From an uncultured delta proteobacterium (GTDB lineage Bacteria; Myxococcota_A; Polyangia; Fen-1088): a stretch of DNA of 64,000 nt. A program made the translations under genes and the position numbers. The DNA lies in the NCBI GenBank assembly GCA_963737265.1, contig CAVTRY010000011.1:1216001-1280000 (forward strand). The letters run 5' to 3'. Numbering within the stretch: position 1 is the stretch's first letter; every line of letters begins with the position of its first letter. Under the pieces are notes generated by a model. The model was not told the DNA's origin. It did not search any database and saw nothing but the letters and a program-made list of their open reading frames with translations. Below, one piece after another: positions 27,614 to 36,204 of this stretch.

Positions 27614-29866
27614 CTACCCGGAATTTAGGACCTCCCGCAGACGACGCAGCAGATCCTCGGGTGAAAACGGCTTGAGCATGATGAAGCCGCCCCGATCCGG
27701 TGTTCCATTGCGCGCTGATTCGTCGTCGGCGTAGCCGGTCATGAACAGCACCTTCACCGCTGGAAATCGCCCCGCGACGTGCGCAGCAAGCTCGCGGCCA
27801 CCCATGCCTGGCATAACCACGTCGGTAATCAGCGCATCGATGGGAGTCGTCAGTTCCTGGCATAAGGACATCGCTTCGTCGCCGCCGCGCGCCGCGATGA
27901 CCCGGTAGCCCACCTGATCGAGAATCCTCGCAACGACCTTGCGCAGGAGATCCTCGTCCTCCACGAGCAGAACCGTCTCGGTGCACGGCTCGCCATCGGC
28001 GCCCCTCGACGTCTCAGCCGAGTCGTCGGTCACGCGCGGCAAATAGATCTCGACGCACGTGCCCTTGTCGGGTTCGCTTCGCACGCGGATCTTGCCGCCG
28101 CTTTGTTTGACGATGCCGTACACCACGGGCAAGCCAAGGCCGCTGCCACGGCTCGTTTCCTTGGTCGTGAAAAAGGGCTCGAATGCCTGGGCAAGCACCT
28201 CGGACGACATGCCACAGCCGGAATCGGAAATTCGCAGAAGCGCATACTCGCCCGCGGCGATGGTATCGAAGGCCCCCGTCTCGGCAACGGCCAAGCGCGC
28301 GATGCAGGTTTCAATCGTCAGGCTGCCACCCTCCGGCATCGCATCGCGTGCGTTTAGCCCAAGGTTGATGATGACTTGCTCGATCTGCGACGGGTCGGTC
28401 TTGACCTTTCCTACGTCGGCGGCAAGCCGGGACGACAAGGTGATCTGCTCGCCAATCAGTCGGCGCAACATGGTTTCGACGCTGCTTACGATGGCGTTCA
28501 ACTCGACCACCTGAGGTTGCAGCACCTGGCGCCGCGAGAATGCGAGCAGACGCCTGGTGATGCCAGCCGCACGATCCGCGGCTTTTCGGATCTCGCCGAT
28601 GTCGGAGCGCAGGAGCTCGTCGTCGTCCGCTTCGCCCGCGCCTTGCAGCGCCAGATCGGCAAAAGCGATGATGGCGTTCAGCGCGTTGTTCATATCGTGA
28701 GCGACGCCGCCGGCCAGGCGACCCACCGCCTCCAGCTTCTGGGTCTGCCGCACTTGTTCTTCGCTGGAACGTAAGGCCGTCTCCATTTCCTTGCGGCTCG
28801 TGATGTCGCTGACCACGGCAATGGCGCCGATCACGCGCCCGTCGGAATTGCGGTAAGGGGCGAGCGTGGCGATGGCCCACACGGGATTGCCGGTGCCTGA
28901 GCGATTCACCGGCATGTCGGGCGACAACACGACCTCTCCGGCCAGGACGCGGCCAAGGGTGTGCTCGAAGCTGTCCGCGCCCAAGTCCGGAAAAAACTCC
29001 GCGAGGCGGCGCCCGTGCACATCGAGGCCGGCGATCCCCAAGAAGCGCTCCATGAAGGGATTGCACTGCACCACGCGCCCATCCCTGTCCATCACCACGA
29101 TGCCAGAGCCCACGTTTTCAAGCACCTCGCGATGGAGCTGCAACGCTTCGCTCAGATTCTCGGCGGCGCGTTTGCGTTCCTTCAGGTTCGACAACCATTT
29201 CGCCAGGGTTACCTCCGAGCGCCAGCCGCCGGAGATCTCAGCCTGCGGAGTGAAATAGAAATTGTGCGTGGCTTCGCTGCCCAGCACCGCAATCGGATGG
29301 GCCAGCAATACATCGAGAAGGGCCTCGGGCGGGAACTTGCCACGATGGTACTGGCACATGCCAAGCGCGGCGCAGTCGCGAAAAAACGCCCCCATTAGGC
29401 CCTCGTGTTCGAGCAAACGCTCGGTTCCCTGCGTCTGGCGCAAGGTCCAGGACATCTCGCTCGTCACTCGCAGCGCTGTCCATCCGTCCGCCAACGCCAT
29501 GGCCGTCATCGCGTGCAATTGATCGAGCGCGCGTTCGGCGGAAAAGCCCCCGCCCTTGCCGTACATTTGCTTGGCGGACAGAAACACCATCTGGCCTCGG
29601 CCCTCGGCGCTATCGATATCAACGCCCCCGTCGCGAAGCAACGCCATAGCGTTCTCGGGTGACTGGGAATCGTAAATGTAGAGCACGCGCTGCCGCTCGT
29701 CCAAACCCGCCTGCACGAAAGAAGCCACGACCGCCTTGTGCTCGTCCCCGTTGCCGTGGATGAAGCAGGCGTGGTCGCCGGTGCGCAGATCCGCCACGGT
29801 CCGCAACCGGCGTGAACCGGTTCCTCTCGGGTTTTCTAGCGGCGAGCGTATCTTGGGAATCGACAT
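27614..29866 (-). CDS. Hybrid histidine kinase MEDS-PAS-HisKA-HATPase-REC
   Basis: GDHACFIH...LRVTSEMSW...MCQYH (MEDS); AHDMNN; FEPFFTTK; C-terminal receiver. Confidence 0.9.
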   Translation of the reverse strand: MSIPKIRSPLENPRGTGSRRLRTVADLRTGDHACFIHGNGDEHKAVVASFVQAGLDERQRVLYIYDSQSPENAMALLRDGGVDIDSAEGRGQMVFLSAKQMYGKGGGFSAERALDQLHAMTAMALADGWTALRVTSEMSWTLRQTQGTERLLEHEGLMGAFFRDCAALGMCQYHRGKFPPEALLDVLLAHPIAVLGSEATHNFYFTPQAEISGGWRSEVTLAKWLSNLKERKRAAENLSEALQLHREVLENVGSGIVVMDRDGRVVQCNPFMERFLGIAGLDVHGRRLAEFFPDLGADSFEHTLGRVLAGEVVLSPDMPVNRSGTGNPVWAIATLAPYRNSDGRVIGAIAVVSDITSRKEMETALRSSEEQVRQTQKLEAVGRLAGGVAHDMNNALNAIIAFADLALQGAGEADDDELLRSDIGEIRKAADRAAGITRRLLAFSRRQVLQPQVVELNAIVSSVETMLRRLIGEQITLSSRLAADVGKVKTDPSQIEQVIINLGLNARDAMPEGGSLTIETCIARLAVAETGAFDTIAAGEYALLRISDSGCGMSSEVLAQAFEPFFTTKETSRGSGLGLPVVYGIVKQSGGKIRVRSEPDKGTCVEIYLPRVTDDSAETSRGADGEPCTETVLLVEDEDLLRKVVARILDQVGYRVIAARGGDEAMSLCQELTTPIDALITDVVMPGMGGRELAAHVAGRFPAVKVLFMTGYADDESARNGTPDRGGFIMLKPFSPEDLLRRLREVLNSG

Positions 29867-29924
29867 CTTGTTTCACCCACCAGCTCGGGCCGAAGGCGCG
29901 ACGGAACGAACGTCCACGTCGCTG

Positions 29925-30368
29925 TCACTGCGGGCTCCGAGAACGACTGTCCGATCCATTCACGGCAAGAAATTCCTCCATGCCGCCGATAATTTGTTGC
30001 TCGCGAGCATACGAGTAGCTGCCGCAGACGATGGGCGTGGCCTGCCAGCTCTTGCCCACGAGAAGCTCGGATTGGATCACGGCAGCCGATGTCGCAGGGC
30101 CGAGCCTGACCACCAGGTGCTCACGCAGATCGGAAACTCCCATCTCCGTCCTGAAGGCAACCATCTCCGACTTCGCGGGATCTGTACGCTCGATTCGCCA
30201 ACCGTCCTTGGCCAGGTTGGCTTGCAGGTAGGCCCAGCGCTGTTGCGTGGACGTGTGCGAGGACAGAGACAGCATTCCCAAACTCTTGGTTCGCGGCTGA
30301 AGCGCGCCGCAGGCGGAAAACACCAGCGCGAATCCAAGTACAATCGTTCTGCCTGGTCGGGAATGCAT
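29925..30368 (-). CDS. Hypothetical lipoprotein
   Basis: Candidate lipobox FSAC; upstream GGAGG. Confidence 0.6.
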   Translation of the reverse strand: MHSRPGRTIVLGFALVFSACGALQPRTKSLGMLSLSSHTSTQQRWAYLQANLAKDGWRIERTDPAKSEMVAFRTEMGVSDLREHLVVRLGPATSAAVIQSELLVGKSWQATPIVCGSYSYAREQQIIGGMEEFLAVNGSDSRSRSPQ

Positions 30369-30560
30369 GATGGCCTCCGCAAGGACAGAACAGCAAGACC
30401 GGGGCCGGCTATTGGGGCCCCAAAATCAGCGACTTTGCATGCGCACCGTCGGATTTCCACCGGGCATTATGACGACGACCGCCTTTTTTTTGACGGTGAA
30501 AAATAGTAATTTAGATTACTAGAATTGAGTAGATTATAATTCCGGAGTAGCGCTGTAGCC

Positions 30561-30590
30561 TGTAGCCTTGGGTTGCGGGCGAAGCCCGCA
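30561..30590 (+). repeat. GTAG-type REP-like palindrome
   Basis: TGTAGCC head followed by hairpin TGCGGGC-GAA-GCCCGCA. Confidence 0.55.
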
Positions 30591-30752
30591 GTCGGTCCCT
30601 CCGTCGGTCTTCCGCCAGGGCGCCACAAAGCTCGCGACGGAAAAGCGACACGTCAACGGCTATGGCCAATCCCGCCGCTACAAAATCATACAGGAATTTC
30701 CCATTAGCCAAGGCCAGTCCGTCCGGGCACGAACCTTGCCTTATCCCCCGAC

Positions 30753-31964
30753 ATGCTGGCGAATTCTGTCCCGTTGTCCGCGGCGAACGACACACCGGCA
30801 TCGGAGGCGCGAACCGCGCCGACAGGGTCGCGCGTGCTGGTGGCGGAGGACGACCAGCTTCAACTGCGAGCCTACGTACGCGCCCTTCGTGCCGTTGGCT
30901 TCGAGGTGGATCGCGCGGACAACGGCGAGGACGCCGTCAACTTGCTGCTGGCCAACACGTACGATGCGGTCATCTCGGACATCACGCTTCCCAAGGTCGA
31001 TGGCGTCGGCGTGCTGCAAGCCGCCCACAAGCGCGATCCCGACATGCCGGTGGTTCTCATCACCGGAACGCCAAGACTCGACACGGCCGTCGCTGCGGTC
31101 GAGCACGCGGCCTTTCGCTATCTGCTCAAGCCGCTCTCTCCGGCGCAGTTGCAGGAAGCTGCCATCTATTCGGCCCAGACGCACAGGTTGTCCGTGCTTC
31201 GTCGCATGGCCATTGCCTCGGCGGGTGAAGCTTGGAGCCCGGCAGAAGACCGCACGGGCCTTAAGCAGGTCTTCGAACGAGCGCTACAATCAATCTGGAT
31301 GGCCTACCAGCCGGTGGTGTCTTGGAAACACAAGCAGATCTTCGCCTACGAGGCCCTCCTGCGCAATGACGAGCCGACCCTTTCCAATCCTTGCGCGCTG
31401 CTGTCCGCCGCAGAACGTTTGGACCGCGTGGCCGAGGTGGGTCGGATCGTACGTAACGAAATTGCCACGCAGGTGCCCGACGCCCCAAGCCGCTTCGTGT
31501 TTGCGAATCTACACAGCCACGACCTTCTCGACGAACATCTCTACGACCCCAAATCACCGCTGTCGCAGGTCGCCGACCGCGTTGTACTGGAGGTGACCGA
31601 ACGGGCCTCCCTGGCGCTTGTCTCCGAGATCGAGGAGCGGGTGGACCGACTGCGCGCCCTCGGATTCCGCATTGCGCTCGACGATCTTGGCGCCGGCTAT
31701 TCCGGGCTTTCGAGTTTCACCACCTTGCAGCCCGAGGTGGTCAAATACGACATGTCCCTGGTCCGCGGCGTCGACAGCTCGCCCACGCGACGAAAGGTCA
31801 TCTCGTCCATGACCGCGCTTTTCGCCGAAATGGAAATGCAGGTGGTGGCCGAGGGCGTGGAAACCCCAGCCGAGCGCGACGCTCTCATCGCCCTCGGGGT
31901 CGATCTCTTGCAGGGCTATCTCTTCGCCAGGCCGGCCAGGGGCTTTGTCACGGTCGACTTCTGA
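30753..31964 (+). CDS. REC-EAL c-di-GMP phosphodiesterase
   Basis: YQP, YEALLR, LEVTE, DDLGAGYS, AEGVE, QGYLF. Confidence 0.92.
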   Translation: MLANSVPLSAANDTPASEARTAPTGSRVLVAEDDQLQLRAYVRALRAVGFEVDRADNGEDAVNLLLANTYDAVISDITLPKVDGVGVLQAAHKRDPDMPVVLITGTPRLDTAVAAVEHAAFRYLLKPLSPAQLQEAAIYSAQTHRLSVLRRMAIASAGEAWSPAEDRTGLKQVFERALQSIWMAYQPVVSWKHKQIFAYEALLRNDEPTLSNPCALLSAAERLDRVAEVGRIVRNEIATQVPDAPSRFVFANLHSHDLLDEHLYDPKSPLSQVADRVVLEVTERASLALVSEIEERVDRLRALGFRIALDDLGAGYSGLSSFTTLQPEVVKYDMSLVRGVDSSPTRRKVISSMTALFAEMEMQVVAEGVETPAERDALIALGVDLLQGYLFARPARGFVTVDF

Positions 31965-31993
31965 CTTCGGCAACATCTCTCGTCGCCCACTGC

Positions 31994-32196
31994 GAGGCTG
32001 GTGTCAAACGGCAGACCGAGTCCTGGCGAAGCGAGGAGCCCCGGCCGCAAGGCGCGACGAGGGCGCGCCTTGCGCGGAGGGTGCAGGGCGGGTGGTAGGT
32101 CCCTCGGGCGAATACTGGACGTATTTAACCGACGAGCAACGAAGCGGACGGGGCCCGCAGCCCGCCAGGTGACGGAAGCCGTTTGACACCAGCCTC
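31994..32196. mobile_element. MITE-like element, family B core
   Basis: Perfect 19-bp TIR GAGGCTGGTGTCAAACGGC (31994-32012 / 32178-32196); core GCAAGGCGCGACGAG...GAGCAACGAAGC. Confidence 0.8.
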
Positions 32197-32287
32197 CTAG
32201 ATCGGCGGCGGGCGCGCGCGCTGACCCAGGTGCAAGCTTGCGCATGAACCCTACCTTTGCGTGCGCTCAACCTATAGACTGCACGCG

Positions 32288-33481
32288 ATGGACGACGCGA
32301 AAGATCTAGAGGCCCTGGTCGTCGACCTTATCAAGCGCGACAGCGTCAATATTCCGCCCTACCCCGCCGTGGCCATGCGGCTGCAGCGTTTGGTGGGAGA
32401 GGAGGACTATGGCATAGACGACATTCAACGCGTGATCGGCGGAGACCCGGTGCTGGCGGCCACGATTCTGCGCTACGCGAACTCGGCGGCCTTTCGCGGA
32501 ATCACGCCCGCCTCGACGCTGGAAGGCGCAATCGCACGCATCGGCACCAACGAGGTGTGCAAGATCGCCCTAGCCACCAGCGTCGGCGCCCACGCCATCG
32601 TGACTGGATGCCTATCGTCGCTGCGCCGCCGCTACTGGCGCGTGGCGATGACCAGCGCGATGCTGTGCCGATCGCTTGCCTATTGGCGTAAGGGCAACCC
32701 CGAAGAAGGCTTCATCTGCGGGTTGCTGCACGACTTCGGCCAGATCGTGGCCACGGCGTGTTTCGAGGAAGTTATCGCGCGCACGCGCGACGCCCGGGTC
32801 CTGCCCGAGTCGGTGTGGGCCTCCTGTGTGGAGCGCTTCCACGTCGAGCTTGGACTGGTCATCTCCGCTCGCTGGAACTTGCCCCCGCTCATCTGCGGCG
32901 TGATTTCCTCACACCACACCCCGGACTCCAATCGCGAGCAGCGGGGCATGATCGACCTCGTCAACACCTGCGACGCCCTCGCCGCCCACCTGGACAGCGA
33001 GCCGAGCCCCACCAGCGACACGGTTTCCGCGCTCGGCATCCTGCGCTCAGGCGAGCCCGAGTACATGATGACCGTGATCCCGAAAATCGCGACCGCGGTT
33101 GCGTCCCTCGACGAGACCACGCCGGGCAAGGACACCGGTCTGTTTCGCACCGGCAGCCGCGTGCTGGCCCCGACCTCGGTCCTGGCCGGACCGACCAAAT
33201 CGATTGCGCTCAAGATGCAGATCATGCGATCGACCGGAAATACCGACTACGAGACTCTCTATTTCGCCAAAGATGGCATCGGTTTCACGGGTGCGAACAA
33301 ACTGCGCGAGAACAGCATGGTGCGCATCCGCGTGGACATGCCGAGGGGTCCCATCGAGGTTTGGGGTGTCATCGTCCTGTGCGCGGCCGAGGGTAAGGCA
33401 CAGCGCATGGAGGCGAAGCTTTTTGCCGCGGAACCGCAGACCTTGCAGGCTTGGCTTGGCTTCTATTCGTCGCTGGTTTGA
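32288..33481 (+). CDS. HDOD-domain protein with possible PilZ-like C-terminus
   Basis: IPPYPAVA, DPVLAATILRYANS, GLLHDFG, WNLP. Confidence 0.85.
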   Translation: MDDAKDLEALVVDLIKRDSVNIPPYPAVAMRLQRLVGEEDYGIDDIQRVIGGDPVLAATILRYANSAAFRGITPASTLEGAIARIGTNEVCKIALATSVGAHAIVTGCLSSLRRRYWRVAMTSAMLCRSLAYWRKGNPEEGFICGLLHDFGQIVATACFEEVIARTRDARVLPESVWASCVERFHVELGLVISARWNLPPLICGVISSHHTPDSNREQRGMIDLVNTCDALAAHLDSEPSPTSDTVSALGILRSGEPEYMMTVIPKIATAVASLDETTPGKDTGLFRTGSRVLAPTSVLAGPTKSIALKMQIMRSTGNTDYETLYFAKDGIGFTGANKLRENSMVRIRVDMPRGPIEVWGVIVLCAAEGKAQRMEAKLFAAEPQTLQAWLGFYSSLV

Positions 33482-33603
33482 CCATCCACCACGGGTGTTG
33501 CTTGAGGACGCGATGCCGCGAAACCCGCCCGCCCATGGTACCGTTAGTTGACAAGACATCGACGCGGACCACCTTACCGGCGTTGAGCTAGTCGAGAGAC
33601 AAC

Positions 33604-34146
33604 GTGTTTTCGTACCTCGCCCAATACGCAGAACAATACACCGAGGTCGGACCGGAGGCCTTCAGACGGCTCCATCCCTGGGCCTTCTTGGTGGCGCTGG
33701 GTATGGCCGGCGACCTCAACGACAGCCAGTCTTCTGGCACGAGCATCATCAACTTGGCGGACAGCGTTCTCGAACGCGGCCGCATCGCGGGACGGGTGTT
33801 CCCCCTCGTCAAGGCCCGCTACTCGCCCCGCGGTCCGATATCCGTCGGCCGAACCTCCGAGAACGACATCGTCATTCCCGAGTATTCGGTATCGCGCAAA
33901 CACTGCATCATCGCCCTCGTCAACGAGGTCTATCGCATCACCGATCTCGGCTCCGCCAACGGCACGCTGGTGGATGGGATCGCGATCGGCAAGCTGACAC
34001 CGCACGAGCTCGCCGGGGGAGAAATCCTGACCATGGGCCGACTCATGCTGTACTTCTTGCCCCCGCGAGAATTCGTCGAGCACCTTCGCGCCGTCGCGCC
34101 GCCAGGCGATTTCGACGCTGGCCGGCAAGGGCCCGTCAGGAAATAG
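33604..34146 (+). CDS. FHA-domain protein
   Basis: ISVGRTSENDI...VSRKHC...DLGSANGT. The stop codon lies inside the downstream element's TIR. Confidence 0.85.
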   Translation: MFSYLAQYAEQYTEVGPEAFRRLHPWAFLVALGMAGDLNDSQSSGTSIINLADSVLERGRIAGRVFPLVKARYSPRGPISVGRTSENDIVIPEYSVSRKHCIIALVNEVYRITDLGSANGTLVDGIAIGKLTPHELAGGEILTMGRLMLYFLPPREFVEHLRAVAPPGDFDAGRQGPVRK

Positions 34147-34261
34147 CGTTGTCAGGTCGGCGCCGAGACACCCGGCTGGCAAGGCGCGACGAGCGCGCAT
34201 CAACGAAGCCAGACGGGATGGTTCGGCGGCGGGATGCCAAGGCTATTTCTTGACGGGCCCT
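34128..34261. mobile_element. MITE-like element, family B core (shortened)
   Basis: 20-bp TIR AGGGCCCGTCAGGAAATAGC vs AGGGCCCGTCAAGAAATAGC (1 mismatch); core GCAAGGCGCGACGAGCGCGCATCAACGAAGC. Confidence 0.75.
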
Positions 34262-34264
34262 AAC

Positions 34265-34732
34265 TCAAGCTTGCGGCGCGGGCGCCGTGGCCGCGGCAGC
34301 CTCGTGCTTGGCGATCATCTTTCCCACGCGCGGAATGGCCGCCTCGGTGTGCTTCTTGGCCATGGGCCGCAGCCGCTCGTAGGCGGTCTTCACGACCTGG
34401 TTCTTGGCCCGCTGGGCGCGCTGGTCGGTGAGCCCGAGCAATGCCTCGGCTGCCTCGCCGGCATGCGCGTTGAAATACACCGTGACCGGCTCGTTCTTGG
34501 CCTTGGCGGCCTGATACAGGGGATCCAGACGATCGGCAAAATCGTCGAGCAATCCGTCGATGACCTCGGGAATGAATCCGGGCTTGATGGCCTTGACAAT
34601 CGCGTGGGCGGCCTTGATGGGGATTCCCGTCAGGCCCTTCGAGGAAACCTCGTCGTCGATGATCTGCTCGCAATCGCGAATCACCTGGGGACGCGCGCCG
34701 GGACGTGACAATATTTCTTTCAATGTGCTCAT
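34265..34732 (-). CDS. Conserved hypothetical protein (DUF6918-like)
   Basis: MSTLKEIL...IIDDEVSSKGLTGIPIKAA...AEALLGLTDQRA; strong GC3 bias. Confidence 0.75.
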   Translation of the reverse strand: MSTLKEILSRPGARPQVIRDCEQIIDDEVSSKGLTGIPIKAAHAIVKAIKPGFIPEVIDGLLDDFADRLDPLYQAAKAKNEPVTVYFNAHAGEAAEALLGLTDQRAQRAKNQVVKTAYERLRPMAKKHTEAAIPRVGKMIAKHEAAAATAPAPQA

Positions 34733-34762
34733 GGTTCGCACTTTACCCTGACCCGCGCTTTC

Positions 34763-36040
34763 ATGGTACCCATGACAACCTTGAGCTCGCCGCCTGAAGA
34801 TTCGCTGCGGAGCCGACCCGCCGCCGCGCTGTCGGTGCTGACGGGACTCAACGCGCTCAACTATCTCGATCGTTTTCTGGTCGCGCCGCTCCTGCCGCTC
34901 ATCATCGTCGGCCTCGGTTTGAGCGATCGGCAAGCCGGCTCGTTGCAATCTGTCTTCATCTTCGTCTATGCCCTCGTCTGTCCGTGGGCCGGCTGGCTCG
35001 GCGACCGGGTTTCCCGCCTGCGCATCGCCGCCGCCGGCGTCGCGGTGTGGAGTATCGCAACCTTTACCTCGGGCCTGGCCTCTACGTTTCTGTGGCTGCT
35101 TTTCGCGCGCGCCCTGGTCGGCATCGGAGAGGCGACCTATACGGTGGTAACGCCGTCGCTGCTGTCGGATCACTACCCATCCGAGCGGCGCGGCCGCGCA
35201 CTTTCCATCTTCTACGCCGCCATGCCCTTCGGCATCGCTATCGGCTACGCCATGGGCGGCCAAATCGGTGCGCGCTACGGTTGGCGTCCCGCCTTTCTCG
35301 TGGCCGGCGGCCCGGGACTCTTGTGCGCCTGCCTGTTGCTGTTTCTGCGCGAGCCGCCGCGCGGCCGGTTCGACGGCCGTCCGGCGTCGATGGAGTCGCT
35401 GTCTTTTTCGGCGTTCTTGCGTACCTTGAGCCGCCGTCCGAGCTTCTTCGTGAACATGGCGGCCCAGACGATCTGGTCGTTCACCATGGGCGGCCTCGGC
35501 GCATGGATGCCGACCTATCTCGTGCGCGAGCGACACCTCGGTGTGGCCCAGGCCGGTACGATCTTCGGCGCGCTCTTGCTCGGCGCTGGATTCGTGGGCA
35601 CCCTTTTAGGCGGACAGATTGGCGACCTCCTGGCGCGGAAGTGGCGGGGTGCCCACTTCACATTCTCGGGAATCAGCCTGCTCGCGGCCATTCCGTTCAC
35701 CCTGCTCGCGGTGCTCTCGCCCCACCCCGGCACTTACTGGCCGGCGGTGGCCGGCACTCTGTTTTGCCTGTTTCTCAACAACGGTCCACTCAACGCCGCG
35801 ATGGTCAACGTGTTGCCCGCCAACGTGCGAGCGCGCGGCGTTGGGCTGCACACGACCACCATCCACCTCCTCGGCGATGCGTGCTCTCCTATCCTGATCG
35901 GCGCCGCCTCGGATGCCGTTGGCCTGCGCGTCCCGGTCCTACTTACCGGGCTCCTTGCCAGCCTAGCCGGCGCGCTGCTCTTGCTCGGCCGCCGCATGTT
36001 GGCGTCGGACCTGGAATTCGCCGAAAGAAATCGAGTCTAG
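34763..36040 (+). CDS. MFS transporter, spinster-like
   Basis: NALNYLDR, GWLGDRVSR, RALVGIGEA, HLLGDA. Confidence 0.9.
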   Translation: MVPMTTLSSPPEDSLRSRPAAALSVLTGLNALNYLDRFLVAPLLPLIIVGLGLSDRQAGSLQSVFIFVYALVCPWAGWLGDRVSRLRIAAAGVAVWSIATFTSGLASTFLWLLFARALVGIGEATYTVVTPSLLSDHYPSERRGRALSIFYAAMPFGIAIGYAMGGQIGARYGWRPAFLVAGGPGLLCACLLLFLREPPRGRFDGRPASMESLSFSAFLRTLSRRPSFFVNMAAQTIWSFTMGGLGAWMPTYLVRERHLGVAQAGTIFGALLLGAGFVGTLLGGQIGDLLARKWRGAHFTFSGISLLAAIPFTLLAVLSPHPGTYWPAVAGTLFCLFLNNGPLNAAMVNVLPANVRARGVGLHTTTIHLLGDACSPILIGAASDAVGLRVPVLLTGLLASLAGALLLLGRRMLASDLEFAERNRV

Positions 36041-36204
36041 CTGGCCCCTAGTGAAAGTCGGACCGACGCGGAGACTTGCACCACGGGCCGTTGGCTCAAC
36101 AAGTCGCGATCGGCATCCACCCCAGCGAAATCGTCGGACGCTCGGGCTAGCAGGCGCGGAGGAAGCGGGCTGGTGGCGTAGACATCGGCGGCGACTCAGG
36201 TATC

